Shown: piece by piece, positions 47,776 to 57,173 of the stretch
How positions within the stretch are numbered: the first letter of the stretch is position 1
Layout: each line of letters starts with the position of its first letter
Assembly: GCA_902801415.1 (NCBI GenBank)
Contig: CADCIK010000002.1
Location: 17,912-81,911, forward strand
Length of the DNA stretch: 64,000 nucleotides
Direction: 5' to 3'
From: an uncultured Lachnospiraceae bacterium
GTDB taxonomy: Bacteria > Bacillota > Clostridia > Lachnospirales > Lachnospiraceae
Translations under genes and position numbers: made by a program
Notes under the pieces: generated by a model
Database searches by the model: none
What the model saw: the letters and a program-made list of their open reading frames with translations, nothing else
What the model was told of the DNA's origin: nothing

Positions 47776-48539
47776 ATGACGATCGAGGAGATGAGAAAAA
47801 AGAAAAGGGAACTCGGATATACAAATCAGATGATCGCGGAGCGCAGAAGAGATACCATAGCCGCGCTGGAGAAGCTGTTGGCACCGGACACGGGCAGGTA
47901 CGGGGAATTCGGGACTGATACACCGCTCCTCAGAGAATCAGTACCGGCTTATGGCGGAAAATCGTTCCGATCAGGCATAGACGGCTCACAGGCCCTGAAA
48001 TCCGGAGCCGGCCCCTATACGCTCAAGGATTATTTGGAACTGCCTGAAGATAAGCGGGTGGAGCTGATCGACGGAGTATTCTATGATATGGCGGCTCCGA
48101 CAACGATCCACCAGAGCATAGCCGGTTATTTACATAAGAAATTCCTGGATCATGTTCTGGAACACAAGGGTCCCTGCTTTCCCTTCATATCACCGGTTGA
48201 CGTGCAGCTGGACTGCGATGACAAGACCGTAATCCAGCCGGATGTACTGGTAGTCTGTGACAGAAGCAAATACAGAAACGGCAGAGTGTTTGGCGCGCCG
48301 GATCTGGTCGTGGAAGTGCTGTCCCCTTATTGGCCAAGTATTACAATGCCGGCGTAAGGGAGTATTGGATCATCGATCCCGAGAAGAAACTCCTTGTGCA
48401 ATATGACATGGAGCATTTGGAACTTCCGGTCGTCTATAATGCCGATATGGAGATCCCGGTCCTGATCTGGGACGGAACCTGCAGGATCGATCTGAAGGAG
48501 ATGTATGAGGCGATCAGTTTCCTCTGGGAGACGGATTGA
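47776..48539 (+). pseudogene. HTH + Uma2-family endonuclease, frameshifted near 48329 and apparently missing part of the HTH
   Basis: ELIDG.FYDMAAP, SPVDVQL, QPDVLVVCD, GAPDLVVEVLSP in one frame; KYYNAGVREYWIIDP continues in another. Confidence 0.8.
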
Positions 48540-48724
48540 GGGATGAAAAGCGGCGAAGGCTTTGCTGGGCAGTGCGGACCCGGACACAAACAAGCAGCAC
48601 CGGAAAACGAAGCAGGCAGACCAAATGAAGCAGGCACGTCAGGTGGATCTCATTGTCGGACCTTGACGAATGTGGTAGGATAAAGAAGGTAAAAATGCTG
48701 CGCCGGTACTGTACCGGCGCGGTG

Positions 48725-48912
48725 ATAACTGAATCATGCGGAAGGTGTCGGGCGCATACGGGTAATGCCGCATGTGTCCGGTGAAAAGGGAAGCAGGTGA
48801 GATTCCTGCACGATCTCGTCACCGTAATTCGAGAGCGCATGCCTATGAACCACTGGGAGACCGGGAAGGCGGCAGCGCGCGTCTGATCGATCAGCCGGGA
48901 GACCTGCCTGCC
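48725..48912 (+). ncRNA. Cobalamin (AdoCbl) riboswitch
   Basis: aaggtg..aaaagggaagcaggtgagattcctgcacg..caccgtaa..ccactgggagaccgggaaggc..agccgggagacctgcc core, directly upstream of B12 genes; boundaries approximate. Confidence 0.92.
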
Positions 48913-49015
48913 GCAGTACGAGGAAGCCGCAGCATGCGGATTCCGGGCCACGAGGCATTGGCTGTACGAAACATGGAGATTGGTGGAACCTGCACCGGTC
49001 TGTTTGTGCTATGTA

Positions 49016-49041
49016 CTTCGCCCCGCGGCGGAGTTTTTTTG
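49016..49041 (+). terminator. Probable riboswitch expression-platform terminator
   Basis: cttcgcc-ccgc-ggcggag followed by ttttttt, between the riboswitch and cbiK. Confidence 0.7.
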
Positions 49042-49122
49042 TTGGAGAAATCTCCCACCTCCATAATGGCGGGATGTTTCTTCCAGGCGGAGTGATACAT
49101 GAATAACAGGAGGAAAACCAAT

Positions 49123-50844
49123 ATGAAGAGAGTGACACTGATAACAGCGCTTATGCTGACAACGCTCACCATCGCCTCTTGCGGCAGTAAACAGACAGCA
49201 GCTGAACCCGCAAATGAGGCTGCGACAAGCGCTGCAGAGACTGGAGCAGAAGAGACATCGAATGAAGCGGAGACTTTTGATACAGCGGCAACGCAGGTAC
49301 TTGCGGACGGCGTGTATTTGGCGGATTTCACAACGGATGGAAGTATGTTCCACGTTAACGAGACCAAGGACGGAAAAGGTATCCTTACCGTAAAGGACGG
49401 TGAGATGACCATCCATATCGTGATGCCCTCGAAGAATGTCGTAAATCTTTTCCGGGGATCAGCGGAAGACGCGCAGAAGGAAGGCGCAGAGCTCATTCAG
49501 CCGCAGCTGGAGAGTGTCACCTATAGTGACGGCACGACCGAAGAAGTGAACAGCTTTGATGTTCCCGTCCCCTATCTGAACCAGACATTTGACCTTGCGC
49601 TGGTAGGTACCAAGGGCAAATGGTACGACCATAAGGTATCGGTTTCCAATGCGGTGCCGATGGATGCAGCACAGGCTGCGGCACTGGCAGAACAGGCTTC
49701 CGCAGCGGCGACCGGAGCGGAAGCTGCAGCAGAAGAACCTGCGGATGATGCAGCAGGTTCCGAGGTCAGTGAAGAGGACCAGAAGGCAGCGGATGAAGTG
49801 GCAGCTCTCATCGACGCGATCTATGTACAGGAGTGGACCGAGGAGACGGACCAGATGTGCGCAGACGCCAAAGCGGCATGGGACGCGCTGACAGATGAGC
49901 AGAAGGAGCTGGTGGAAGGCGAATCGGCGGATCCTGACTATTTTGGCAGGGATACAGGCGATGCGTCTGCGGATGATCCGCGAAACGCAAATGAAATTGG
50001 CGAGAAAGAATTGCTTGTTGTGAGCTTTGGTACTTCCTTCAACGACAGCCGTGCTGAAGACATCGGCGGCATTGAGAGTGCGCTGCAGGAAGCATATCCT
50101 GACTGGGCTGTGAGAAGAGCCTTTACTGCGCAGATCATCATCAATCATGTGCAGGCAAGAGACGGAGAGAAGATCGACAACGTGGAGCAGGCGCTGGAGC
50201 GCGCGGCAGCCAACGGCGTGAAAGAGCTGGTCATTCAGCCCACGCATCTGATGCACGGCGCGGAATATGATGAGCTCACGCAGGCTGTGGACAATTTCCG
50301 GGATATGTTTGAATCTGTCGAGATCGCTGAACCCCTTCTGGGCGAAGTCGGCACGGATGCTTCCGTGGTCAACGCGGACAAGGAGACGGTCGCAAAGGCG
50401 GTCGTACAGACAGCTGTCGAGGCTGCAGGATATGACAGCATTGAGGCGGCCGCAGAGGACGGAACCGCGTTCGTGTTTATGGGACATGGAACTTCCCACG
50501 CAGCAAAGGTCACTTACAGCCAGATGCAGACCCAGATGGAAGATCTCGGTTTTAACAATGTCTTTATCGGAACCGTGGAAGGCGAGCCCGAGGAAACTTC
50601 CTGCGAAGCAGTCATCGGGAAAGTTAAAGAAGCGGGTTACACCAACGTTGTCTTAAGGCCTCTCATGGTCGTGGCAGGCGATCACGCCAACAACGATATG
50701 GCGGGCGAAGACGAGGACTCCTGGGTGAGTCAGTTTGTGGCAAGCGGCGCATTTGAGAAGGTCGACACGCAGATCGCCGGTCTCGGAAGCATTCCCGCCG
50801 TGCAGGAGATCTATGTACAGCACACCGGAGAAGTTGTGAAGTAA
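49123..50844 (+). CDS. cbiK: Lipoprotein sirohydrochlorin cobaltochelatase CbiK with extra N-terminal beta-rich and helical domains
   Basis: Signal peptide and lipobox LTIASC; LLVVSFGTS, RRAFTA, QPTHLMHGAEY, FMGHGT, GTVEG.P, PLMVVAGDHANNDM. Confidence 0.88.
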   Translation: MKRVTLITALMLTTLTIASCGSKQTAAEPANEAATSAAETGAEETSNEAETFDTAATQVLADGVYLADFTTDGSMFHVNETKDGKGILTVKDGEMTIHIVMPSKNVVNLFRGSAEDAQKEGAELIQPQLESVTYSDGTTEEVNSFDVPVPYLNQTFDLALVGTKGKWYDHKVSVSNAVPMDAAQAAALAEQASAAATGAEAAAEEPADDAAGSEVSEEDQKAADEVAALIDAIYVQEWTEETDQMCADAKAAWDALTDEQKELVEGESADPDYFGRDTGDASADDPRNANEIGEKELLVVSFGTSFNDSRAEDIGGIESALQEAYPDWAVRRAFTAQIIINHVQARDGEKIDNVEQALERAAANGVKELVIQPTHLMHGAEYDELTQAVDNFRDMFESVEIAEPLLGEVGTDASVVNADKETVAKAVVQTAVEAAGYDSIEAAAEDGTAFVFMGHGTSHAAKVTYSQMQTQMEDLGFNNVFIGTVEGEPEETSCEAVIGKVKEAGYTNVVLRPLMVVAGDHANNDMAGEDEDSWVSQFVASGAFEKVDTQIAGLGSIPAVQEIYVQHTGEVVK

Positions 50845-50869
50845 GACGCGAACATCAAACACACAAGTA

Positions 50870-50917
50870 AAAAGCGCGGATGCCGGAATCGTTTTCTGTG
50901 TACGGTATCCGCGCTTT
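50870..50917 (+). terminator. Intergenic hairpin after cbiK
   Basis: aaagcgcggatgccg/cggtatccgcgcttt. Confidence 0.6.
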
Positions 50918-50952
50918 GTGATAGGGAAACAAAAGAGGCAAAAAAGGGCACA

Positions 50953-52671
50953 ATGAAGGCGATTGGAAGAGCAGCGATCTGGTTTATACTGTCTATATGG
51001 ATCATTATGGCGGCTGGCTGCGCCGGCAGTGATACGGCGCAGCGGGAAGAAGGGCCTGTATGCTGGGCGTCCGCGCAGCTGCAAGGCGGCAGCGGCAAAG
51101 CGTTCGTGGAGACACCCTGCCCGGTCTATGAAAAAGAGGGAACGCTGTCCGCGCTGATCACCTGGAGCAGCGACCACTACGACTATATGATCGTAAATGA
51201 GAAAAAGCTTCTGCCGGTCAACACGGAAGGCAATGCGCAGTTTATGGTCCCTCTGGGCAGTCTTGAGGAGATCGCCGGTGAAGCGGCGGGTGCGGAGTCC
51301 GGCGGTGCTGAAATGCTGCCGGATGCTTTAAGCGGAACTTCGCTTGAGATTGATGTGCAGGCGGACACGACTGCGATGAGTACGCCCCACTTGATCGACT
51401 ACACGCTTTCATTTGTTTTTTATAAAACGCAGGAAGAAGCGGAGGGAGCCGGGACGGAAAAGGCTGATGACGGCGACTCTGCGCAAGAAGAGGAAACGGC
51501 GGTTGACGAAGAAGTGATGGAAGAAGCGGCAGCCGTTGAAGAGGCCGGCGAAGCGGAGAAAGCATCCCAAACACTTTCTGAAGAAAAGATGCCTGTCATT
51601 GACGGCCTGACATTCTTATCTAAAGATGAAAATGTGTATGCGGAGTGTTTTGCCATCTATCGGTATGAAGGCGGATATGCGGTGCTCTCTGTCGACGACG
51701 GACGCCGCTATTTGATCGTGCCGGAAGGGGGCGCGATTCCGGAAGGTACAGACGGACAGGGCGGCGGTGCAGTCCTGAAAGATGAAGACGGACAGGAGCT
51801 GATCGTTCTGCAGCAGCCGCTGGACCGGATCTATCTGGCAGCCTCAGCGGCCATGTGTCAGTTTGACGAGATCGGCGCCGTGCGCGATGTGGTCCTGTCG
51901 GGACTGGAGCGGGATGACTGGTACATAGAGTCGGCCCGGGAAGCGATGGACCAGGGCACCCTTTCCTATGGCGGCAAATACAGCGAGCCGGATTACGAGA
52001 AGATCATCGAAGCCGGCGTCAATCTTGCCGTGGAGTCCACTATGATCCTGCATACGCCCAAGGTCCAGGAGAAGCTGGAGCTTTTGGGCATCCCTGTTCT
52101 GATCGACCGCTCCAGCTATGAGCATGAGCCGCTCGGAAGAGCGGAGTGGGTCAGGGTCTACGGCCTTCTCACCGGACGCGAAGAAGAGGCGGCGAAGGCA
52201 TTCGATGAGCAGAAGGGGTACGCGGAGGCGTTAGCACCTATCCCGGAAGGAGATACCCGTTCACTTGCTGTCTTTTCGATCAATGCGGCAAGACAGGTCG
52301 TGACAAGGAGCCGCGAGGGATATCTGGGCAAAATGGTTGAGATCGCAGGCGGCACACTAAGCACACCTGTTTCGGACAGCAGTCTGGCGACGGAAACGGT
52401 CAGCATGGAGTCCTTCTATGCGGCGGCGGAGGACGCGGACATTCTGATCTACAACGCCTCTATCGAGGACGCTCCGGAGGACCTTGCTGAGCTTTGTGCG
52501 AAGGACAGTATTTTGACACAGTTCCGCGCAGTCAGCGAGGGAAATGTGTGGTGCATGCGCAGTTCTCTATACCAGAACGCGAACCGGACCGGTGCGATCC
52601 TGCGGGATCTGCATGCCATCGTGACGGGAGAAAAGGGCGACGAGACAGAGTTTTTCTACAGGTTAAAGTGA
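50953..52671 (+). CDS. Lipoprotein: N-terminal beta-rich domain plus BtuF/FhuD-like substrate-binding domain (probable corrinoid binding)
   Basis: Lipobox MAAGC; GGKYSEPDYE, SSYEHEPLGRAEWV..YG.L, F.AV..GNVW; located in the B12 operon. Confidence 0.8.
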   Translation: MKAIGRAAIWFILSIWIIMAAGCAGSDTAQREEGPVCWASAQLQGGSGKAFVETPCPVYEKEGTLSALITWSSDHYDYMIVNEKKLLPVNTEGNAQFMVPLGSLEEIAGEAAGAESGGAEMLPDALSGTSLEIDVQADTTAMSTPHLIDYTLSFVFYKTQEEAEGAGTEKADDGDSAQEEETAVDEEVMEEAAAVEEAGEAEKASQTLSEEKMPVIDGLTFLSKDENVYAECFAIYRYEGGYAVLSVDDGRRYLIVPEGGAIPEGTDGQGGGAVLKDEDGQELIVLQQPLDRIYLAASAAMCQFDEIGAVRDVVLSGLERDDWYIESAREAMDQGTLSYGGKYSEPDYEKIIEAGVNLAVESTMILHTPKVQEKLELLGIPVLIDRSSYEHEPLGRAEWVRVYGLLTGREEEAAKAFDEQKGYAEALAPIPEGDTRSLAVFSINAARQVVTRSREGYLGKMVEIAGGTLSTPVSDSSLATETVSMESFYAAAEDADILIYNASIEDAPEDLAELCAKDSILTQFRAVSEGNVWCMRSSLYQNANRTGAILRDLHAIVTGEKGDETEFFYRLK

Positions 52672-52678
52672 GGAGATC

Positions 52679-54286
52679 GTGGCAGGAAATCTGATGATCC
52701 AGGGCACCATGTCCGGTGCCGGAAAGAGCATACTGACAGCGGGTATCCTGCGCGTTCTGCGGCAGGACGGCTACCGCGTGGCGCCGTTTAAGTCTCAGAA
52801 TATGGCGCTCAATTCGTTTGTGACGAGGGACGGTCTGGAAATGGGCCGCGCGCAGGTCGTGCAGGCAGCAGCGGCGGGGATGGAGCCCTCGGCGGACATG
52901 AATCCCATTCTTCTAAAACCTATGGGCGACACGACATCGCAGGTCATTGTGAACGGCAGGCCGATCGGGAAAATGCGCGCCGCCGACTACTATAAGGTCA
53001 AAAAATCGCTCGTCCCCGATATCCTTGCCGCATACGAGAGGCTCCGCCGACGGTCAGACATCATTGTGATCGAGGGGGCCGGAAGCCCGGTTGAGATCAA
53101 CCTGCGTGAAGGAGATTTTGTCAACATGGGGCTCGCTGAAATGGTGGACGCGCCGGTGCTGCTTGCGGGCAATATCGACCCCGGCGGCGTCTTCGCGCAG
53201 CTTCTCGGAACGATACAGCTTCTTCGCCCTGCAGAGAGGGCTCGCGTCAAGGGACTGATCATCAACAAATTCCGCGGAGATGTAAGCCTGCTGCAGCCGG
53301 GGCTCGACATGTTTGCCGAATACTGCGACATCCCCTTCGCGGGCGTTGTTCCGTGGATCAGGCTGGACCTCGACGAAGAGGACAGCATGTCGGAGAAGCT
53401 TGCGGGGCGGGGAGCCGGAGCAGGAGCAGATACTTCGGTGGATATTGCTGTGATCCGCTTGCCTTATATCAGCAATTATACGGATTTCGCGCCGCTCGAA
53501 AGGCATCCGGGCGTCACAGTGCGCTATGTCGCAGAAGCTTCTTTACTGGGACAGCCCGACCTGATCATCCTGCCCGGGACCAAAAACACGATCAGCGACC
53601 TTCGCTGGTTCCGCGAATCGGGTATGGAAGCCCGCATCCGGGACGAGGCCGGCAGATCCCTTCTGATCGGGATCTGCGGCGGCTTCCAGATGCTGGGAAG
53701 AAGAATTCTGGATCCATTGGGAAGCGAGACCGGCGGTACGGAAGATGGATTGGGACTGCTTCCCGTTGAAACGCTCTTCAGCGCGGATAAGTATACCAGG
53801 CAGGTTCATGGTGCTGCCCGGCAGCTGCCCGGCGTGTGGGCACCGCTCTCAGGACTGCCTGTTTCAGGCTATGAGATCCATATGGGAAGAACGGAATATC
53901 TTGCAGATAGGGATAAGGGAACCTCTGTGTTTGCGCAGTTAACAGATGGCGGCCCTGGCGGAGCTGTTACATCTGCAGAAGAAACTCCTGACGGAGCCGT
54001 CTGCGGGAATGTTCTTGGCACCTATCTCCATGGAATATTTGACGAGACGCCGTTCCGGAGCGCCTTAACAGACCTCTTGCGGAAGAGAAAAGAGGGAACC
54101 TGCTCCGAGACAGGCGCGGCAGAAGCTTTGCATGTACGTTCCTCACATACACTTTCGGGACGTGAAAGTGCCTTTTCGGGGATCGAAAGCGCCTGGCAGA
54201 TACAGGACAGGCAGCTGGACATGCTTGCAGACGTGCTGCGAGAGAGCCTGGACTGGGAGCTGATCTACCGGGCGATCGGAATCTAA
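52679..54286 (+). CDS. cobQ: Cobyric acid synthase
   Basis: MIQGTMSGAGKS, PFKSQNMALNS, MNPILLKP, IEGAGSP, INKFRGD, ILPGTKNT, GICGGFQMLG, GTYLHGIFD. Confidence 0.95.
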   Translation: MAGNLMIQGTMSGAGKSILTAGILRVLRQDGYRVAPFKSQNMALNSFVTRDGLEMGRAQVVQAAAAGMEPSADMNPILLKPMGDTTSQVIVNGRPIGKMRAADYYKVKKSLVPDILAAYERLRRRSDIIVIEGAGSPVEINLREGDFVNMGLAEMVDAPVLLAGNIDPGGVFAQLLGTIQLLRPAERARVKGLIINKFRGDVSLLQPGLDMFAEYCDIPFAGVVPWIRLDLDEEDSMSEKLAGRGAGAGADTSVDIAVIRLPYISNYTDFAPLERHPGVTVRYVAEASLLGQPDLIILPGTKNTISDLRWFRESGMEARIRDEAGRSLLIGICGGFQMLGRRILDPLGSETGGTEDGLGLLPVETLFSADKYTRQVHGAARQLPGVWAPLSGLPVSGYEIHMGRTEYLADRDKGTSVFAQLTDGGPGGAVTSAEETPDGAVCGNVLGTYLHGIFDETPFRSALTDLLRKRKEGTCSETGAAEALHVRSSHTLSGRESAFSGIESAWQIQDRQLDMLADVLRESLDWELIYRAIGI

Positions 54287-54317
54287 GGGGAGAATCACAG
54301 AAATAGGAGAGAATCCA

Positions 54318-54944
54318 TTGAAAGTCGACCACATCAGACCGCAGGATATAGAAAACACAAGCATGCAGATCATCCGTGAGGAGCTGGCGCAGATGGGAAA
54401 AGAGATTCCTGCGGAGCTTGCACCGGTCGTTATGAGGGTGATCCATACGACGGCGGACTTTGAATATGCGGATACAATGGCCTTCTCGCCCGGCGCGATT
54501 GAAAAGGCGAGGGAAGCAATCCGCAGCGGCGCCAGGATTGTGACGGATACGAACATGGCGCTTGCCGGCGTGAATAAGAAGGCGCTTGCAAAGTGGGGCG
54601 GTGAAGCAATCTGTTTCATGGCGGATCCGGAAGTCGCGGAAGAAGCTTCTGCGCGCGGGATCACCCGCGCGGCCGTCAGTATGGAGAGAGCGGCAGCTCT
54701 CGATGGACCGACGATCTTCGCGATCGGGAACGCGCCGACAGCTCTGCTAACGCTCAGAGAACTGATCGACACAAAAGGATACAAGCCTGCGCTGATCATT
54801 GGAGTGCCGGTTGGATTTGTCAATGTAGTCAATGCCAAAGAACAGATCATGGAAACACAGATCCCTTGGATCGTGAACCGTGGCCGCAAGGGCGGAAGTG
54901 GTGTCGCGGCAGCAATCTGCAACGCGATCCTGTACGGGATGTAA
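54318..54944 (+). CDS. cbiC: Precorrin-8X / cobalt-precorrin-8 methylmutase
   Basis: PQDIENTS, RVIHTTADF, IGNAPTAL, GVPVGFV, GRKGGSGVAAA; TTG start. Confidence 0.93.
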   Translation: MKVDHIRPQDIENTSMQIIREELAQMGKEIPAELAPVVMRVIHTTADFEYADTMAFSPGAIEKAREAIRSGARIVTDTNMALAGVNKKALAKWGGEAICFMADPEVAEEASARGITRAAVSMERAAALDGPTIFAIGNAPTALLTLRELIDTKGYKPALIIGVPVGFVNVVNAKEQIMETQIPWIVNRGRKGGSGVAAAICNAILYGM

Positions 54945-55017
54945 GGAATGTGAGGAATCCTGTGCGGAATGCAGAAAATGAGGGGAATCCCGTACGTGAT
55001 GTAAGAAAAACAGGGGA
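54927..55017 (+). repeat. Three degenerate 30-bp tandem repeats starting in the cbiC 3' end
   Basis: atcctgtacgggatgtaaggaatgtgagga / atcctgtgcggaatgcagaaaatgagggga / atcccgtacgtgatgtaagaaaaacagggg. Confidence 0.8.
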
Positions 55018-55018
55018 A

Positions 55019-56287
55019 ATGACAGAACAAGCAGCTTTTGCAGATACAACAGAATATGTGGAAAAGGACGGCAAACGCCTGCGCTGTGGATTCACGACGG
55101 GCAGCTGTGCGGCCGCAACTGCGACTGCAGCGGCCCAAATGCTGATGACGGGTGAAATTGTTGAGATGGTTCAGATTCAGACGCCGGGCGGGCCGGTGTA
55201 CAACGCGCAGATCCTGGATGCAGAGATCCTGGAAAAAGCAGGGCCTTCCGGGCGGACGAGGACTTCCTGTCGCTGTGCGGTCTTAAAGGATGGCGGCGAC
55301 GATCCCGATATTACGACCGGCACGCGGATTGTGGCAGAGGTCTCTCGGAGTGATGAGCCGGGGATCACCATTGATGGCGGAGCAGGCGTTGGCCGCGTGA
55401 CCAGGCCGGGACTGGATCAGCCTGTGGGCCATGCCGCGATCAACCGTGTTCCCAGACAGATGATCGCTGAAAACGTGGTCAAAATACTGCACGAATGGCA
55501 GAATATGCGGAATGCTCCCAAAGGGCTTCATGTTGTGATCAGCGCTCCGGACGGAGAAGCGATTGCGGAGAAGACCTTTAATCCCAAGCTGGGGATTGTC
55601 GGCGGCATTTCTATTTTGGGGACAACCGGCATTGTAGAGCCCATGAGTGACCGGGCGATCGTGGAGACGATCCGTGCGCAGATGCGTGTTCAGAAGGCGC
55701 AGGGGCGGCGATATGTGATCGCGGCACCGGGAAACTACGGACTGGCCTTTCTGCAGGAGCAGTACGGATTGGAGCGAAACGGTCAGGAGCGGATCAACCA
55801 GGAGCAAAACGGGCAGGAGAATGCGCGGGAAGCAGCGGAAACGACGGTGGTGCAGATCTCAAACTTTGTCGGTGAAGCTGTGGAGATGGCGGCGGACTTA
55901 GGTTTTGAAGGGTTTCTTCTGGCCGGCCATATAGGGAAACTGGTAAAAGTGGCAGGCGGTGCTCCCAATACCCATTCCAAGTATGGGGATCGGAGGATGG
56001 AAACTCTGTGGGAGATGGCAGCAGTGTTTTGCCCTGAAGAGGACAGAGAGAGTCTTAGAAAGGAAATCCTGGAGTGTGTCATGACGGATGCTGCGCTGGA
56101 GGTCCTGGACAGTCATGGACTAAAGGAAAAGACGGCGCAGGAGATGGCGCGAAGGATCTGCGCAAATCTGGTGCAGTGGTCCGGGGGACGGCTCAGAGCA
56201 GAGACAATAGTATTCTCGCATCAGAACCGCGAACTTGTGCGCTCGCAAGGCGCAGAGGAGATGATCCGGGCCTGCATCGAGAGATGA
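55019..56287 (+). CDS. cbiD: Cobalt-precorrin-5B C1-methyltransferase
   Basis: LRCGFTTGSCAAA, KDGGDDPDIT, GVGRVTRPGL, AINRVPRQMI, NPKLGIVGGISILGTTGIVEPMS, GHIGKLVK. Confidence 0.94.
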   Translation: MTEQAAFADTTEYVEKDGKRLRCGFTTGSCAAATATAAAQMLMTGEIVEMVQIQTPGGPVYNAQILDAEILEKAGPSGRTRTSCRCAVLKDGGDDPDITTGTRIVAEVSRSDEPGITIDGGAGVGRVTRPGLDQPVGHAAINRVPRQMIAENVVKILHEWQNMRNAPKGLHVVISAPDGEAIAEKTFNPKLGIVGGISILGTTGIVEPMSDRAIVETIRAQMRVQKAQGRRYVIAAPGNYGLAFLQEQYGLERNGQERINQEQNGQENAREAAETTVVQISNFVGEAVEMAADLGFEGFLLAGHIGKLVKVAGGAPNTHSKYGDRRMETLWEMAAVFCPEEDRESLRKEILECVMTDAALEVLDSHGLKEKTAQEMARRICANLVQWSGGRLRAETIVFSHQNRELVRSQGAEEMIRACIER

Positions 56288-56386
56288 AAAACGGCAAGTA
56301 GAACAGCCACGGAGTAGAAGAGCCAGGGAAATCGGCGCGTTCCTGAGCAGCAAGGAAGCGATGGATCAGTATGGAAAGGTGAAGAT

Positions 56387-57142
56387 ATGGTGGATTTTGT
56401 CGGAGCGGGGCCGGGAGCGCCGGACCTGATCACGTTGAGAGGACAAAAAAAGATCGAAGAGGCGGATGTGATCATCTATGCGGGATCGCTTGTCAATCCG
56501 GCGCTGCTGGAAGCGGCGAAGCCCGGCTGCGAGATCTATGACAGCGCAAAAATGACTCTGGAAGAAGTCATCGCCGTTATGGAGAGAGCGGAAAAAGAGG
56601 GCCGCAGGACCGTGCGTCTTCACACAGGAGATCCGTCTGTGTACGGCGCCATTCGGGAGCAGATGGCAGAACTGGAGAAAAGAAATATCCCTTATGCGGT
56701 GACGCCGGGCGTCAGCTCATTCTGCGGCGCGGCAGCGGCGCTGGAAATGGAGTATACCCTGCCGGGTGTCTCGCAGAGCGTGATCCTGACACGCATGGCG
56801 GGGAGGACCAAAGTACCGGAAAAGGAATCCATAGAGTCCTTCGCGGCGCATCAGTCGACTATGGTGCTCTTTCTGAGCAGCGGCCGGATCCCGGAACTTG
56901 TGGAGCGGTTGATCGCGGGCGGTTATACGGCTGATACGCCGGCGGCGCTGGTCTACAAGGCGACATGGCCCGAAGAGCGCAAATGGGTCTGTACGCTGGG
57001 AACATTGGCGCAGACCGCAGAGGAGAACGGCATCGACAGGACTGCACTGGTCATTGTCGGGGATGTGGTCCGCCAGAGCGGATTTGAGAGATCGAAGCTG
57101 TACGACGGATCATTTACAACCGGTTTCAGGGAAGGAAAGTGA
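56387..57142 (+). CDS. cbiF: Precorrin-4 C11-methyltransferase
   Basis: FVGAGPGAPDLITLRG, IYAGSLVN, VRLHTGDPSVYGAIREQ, PGVSS, SKLYD..F..GFR. Confidence 0.95.
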   Translation: MVDFVGAGPGAPDLITLRGQKKIEEADVIIYAGSLVNPALLEAAKPGCEIYDSAKMTLEEVIAVMERAEKEGRRTVRLHTGDPSVYGAIREQMAELEKRNIPYAVTPGVSSFCGAAAALEMEYTLPGVSQSVILTRMAGRTKVPEKESIESFAAHQSTMVLFLSSGRIPELVERLIAGGYTADTPAALVYKATWPEERKWVCTLGTLAQTAEENGIDRTALVIVGDVVRQSGFERSKLYDGSFTTGFREGK

Positions 57143-57173
57143 AGTCGGAATTGAAGGAAGCGAAGCCAAAAAC

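Noticed and set aside
48543-48683. 46-codon ORF upstream of the riboswitch
   Set aside because: No properly spaced RBS and no recognisable features
54927-55017. 30-bp repeats as a mini-CRISPR
   Set aside because: Contiguous degenerate copies without spacers
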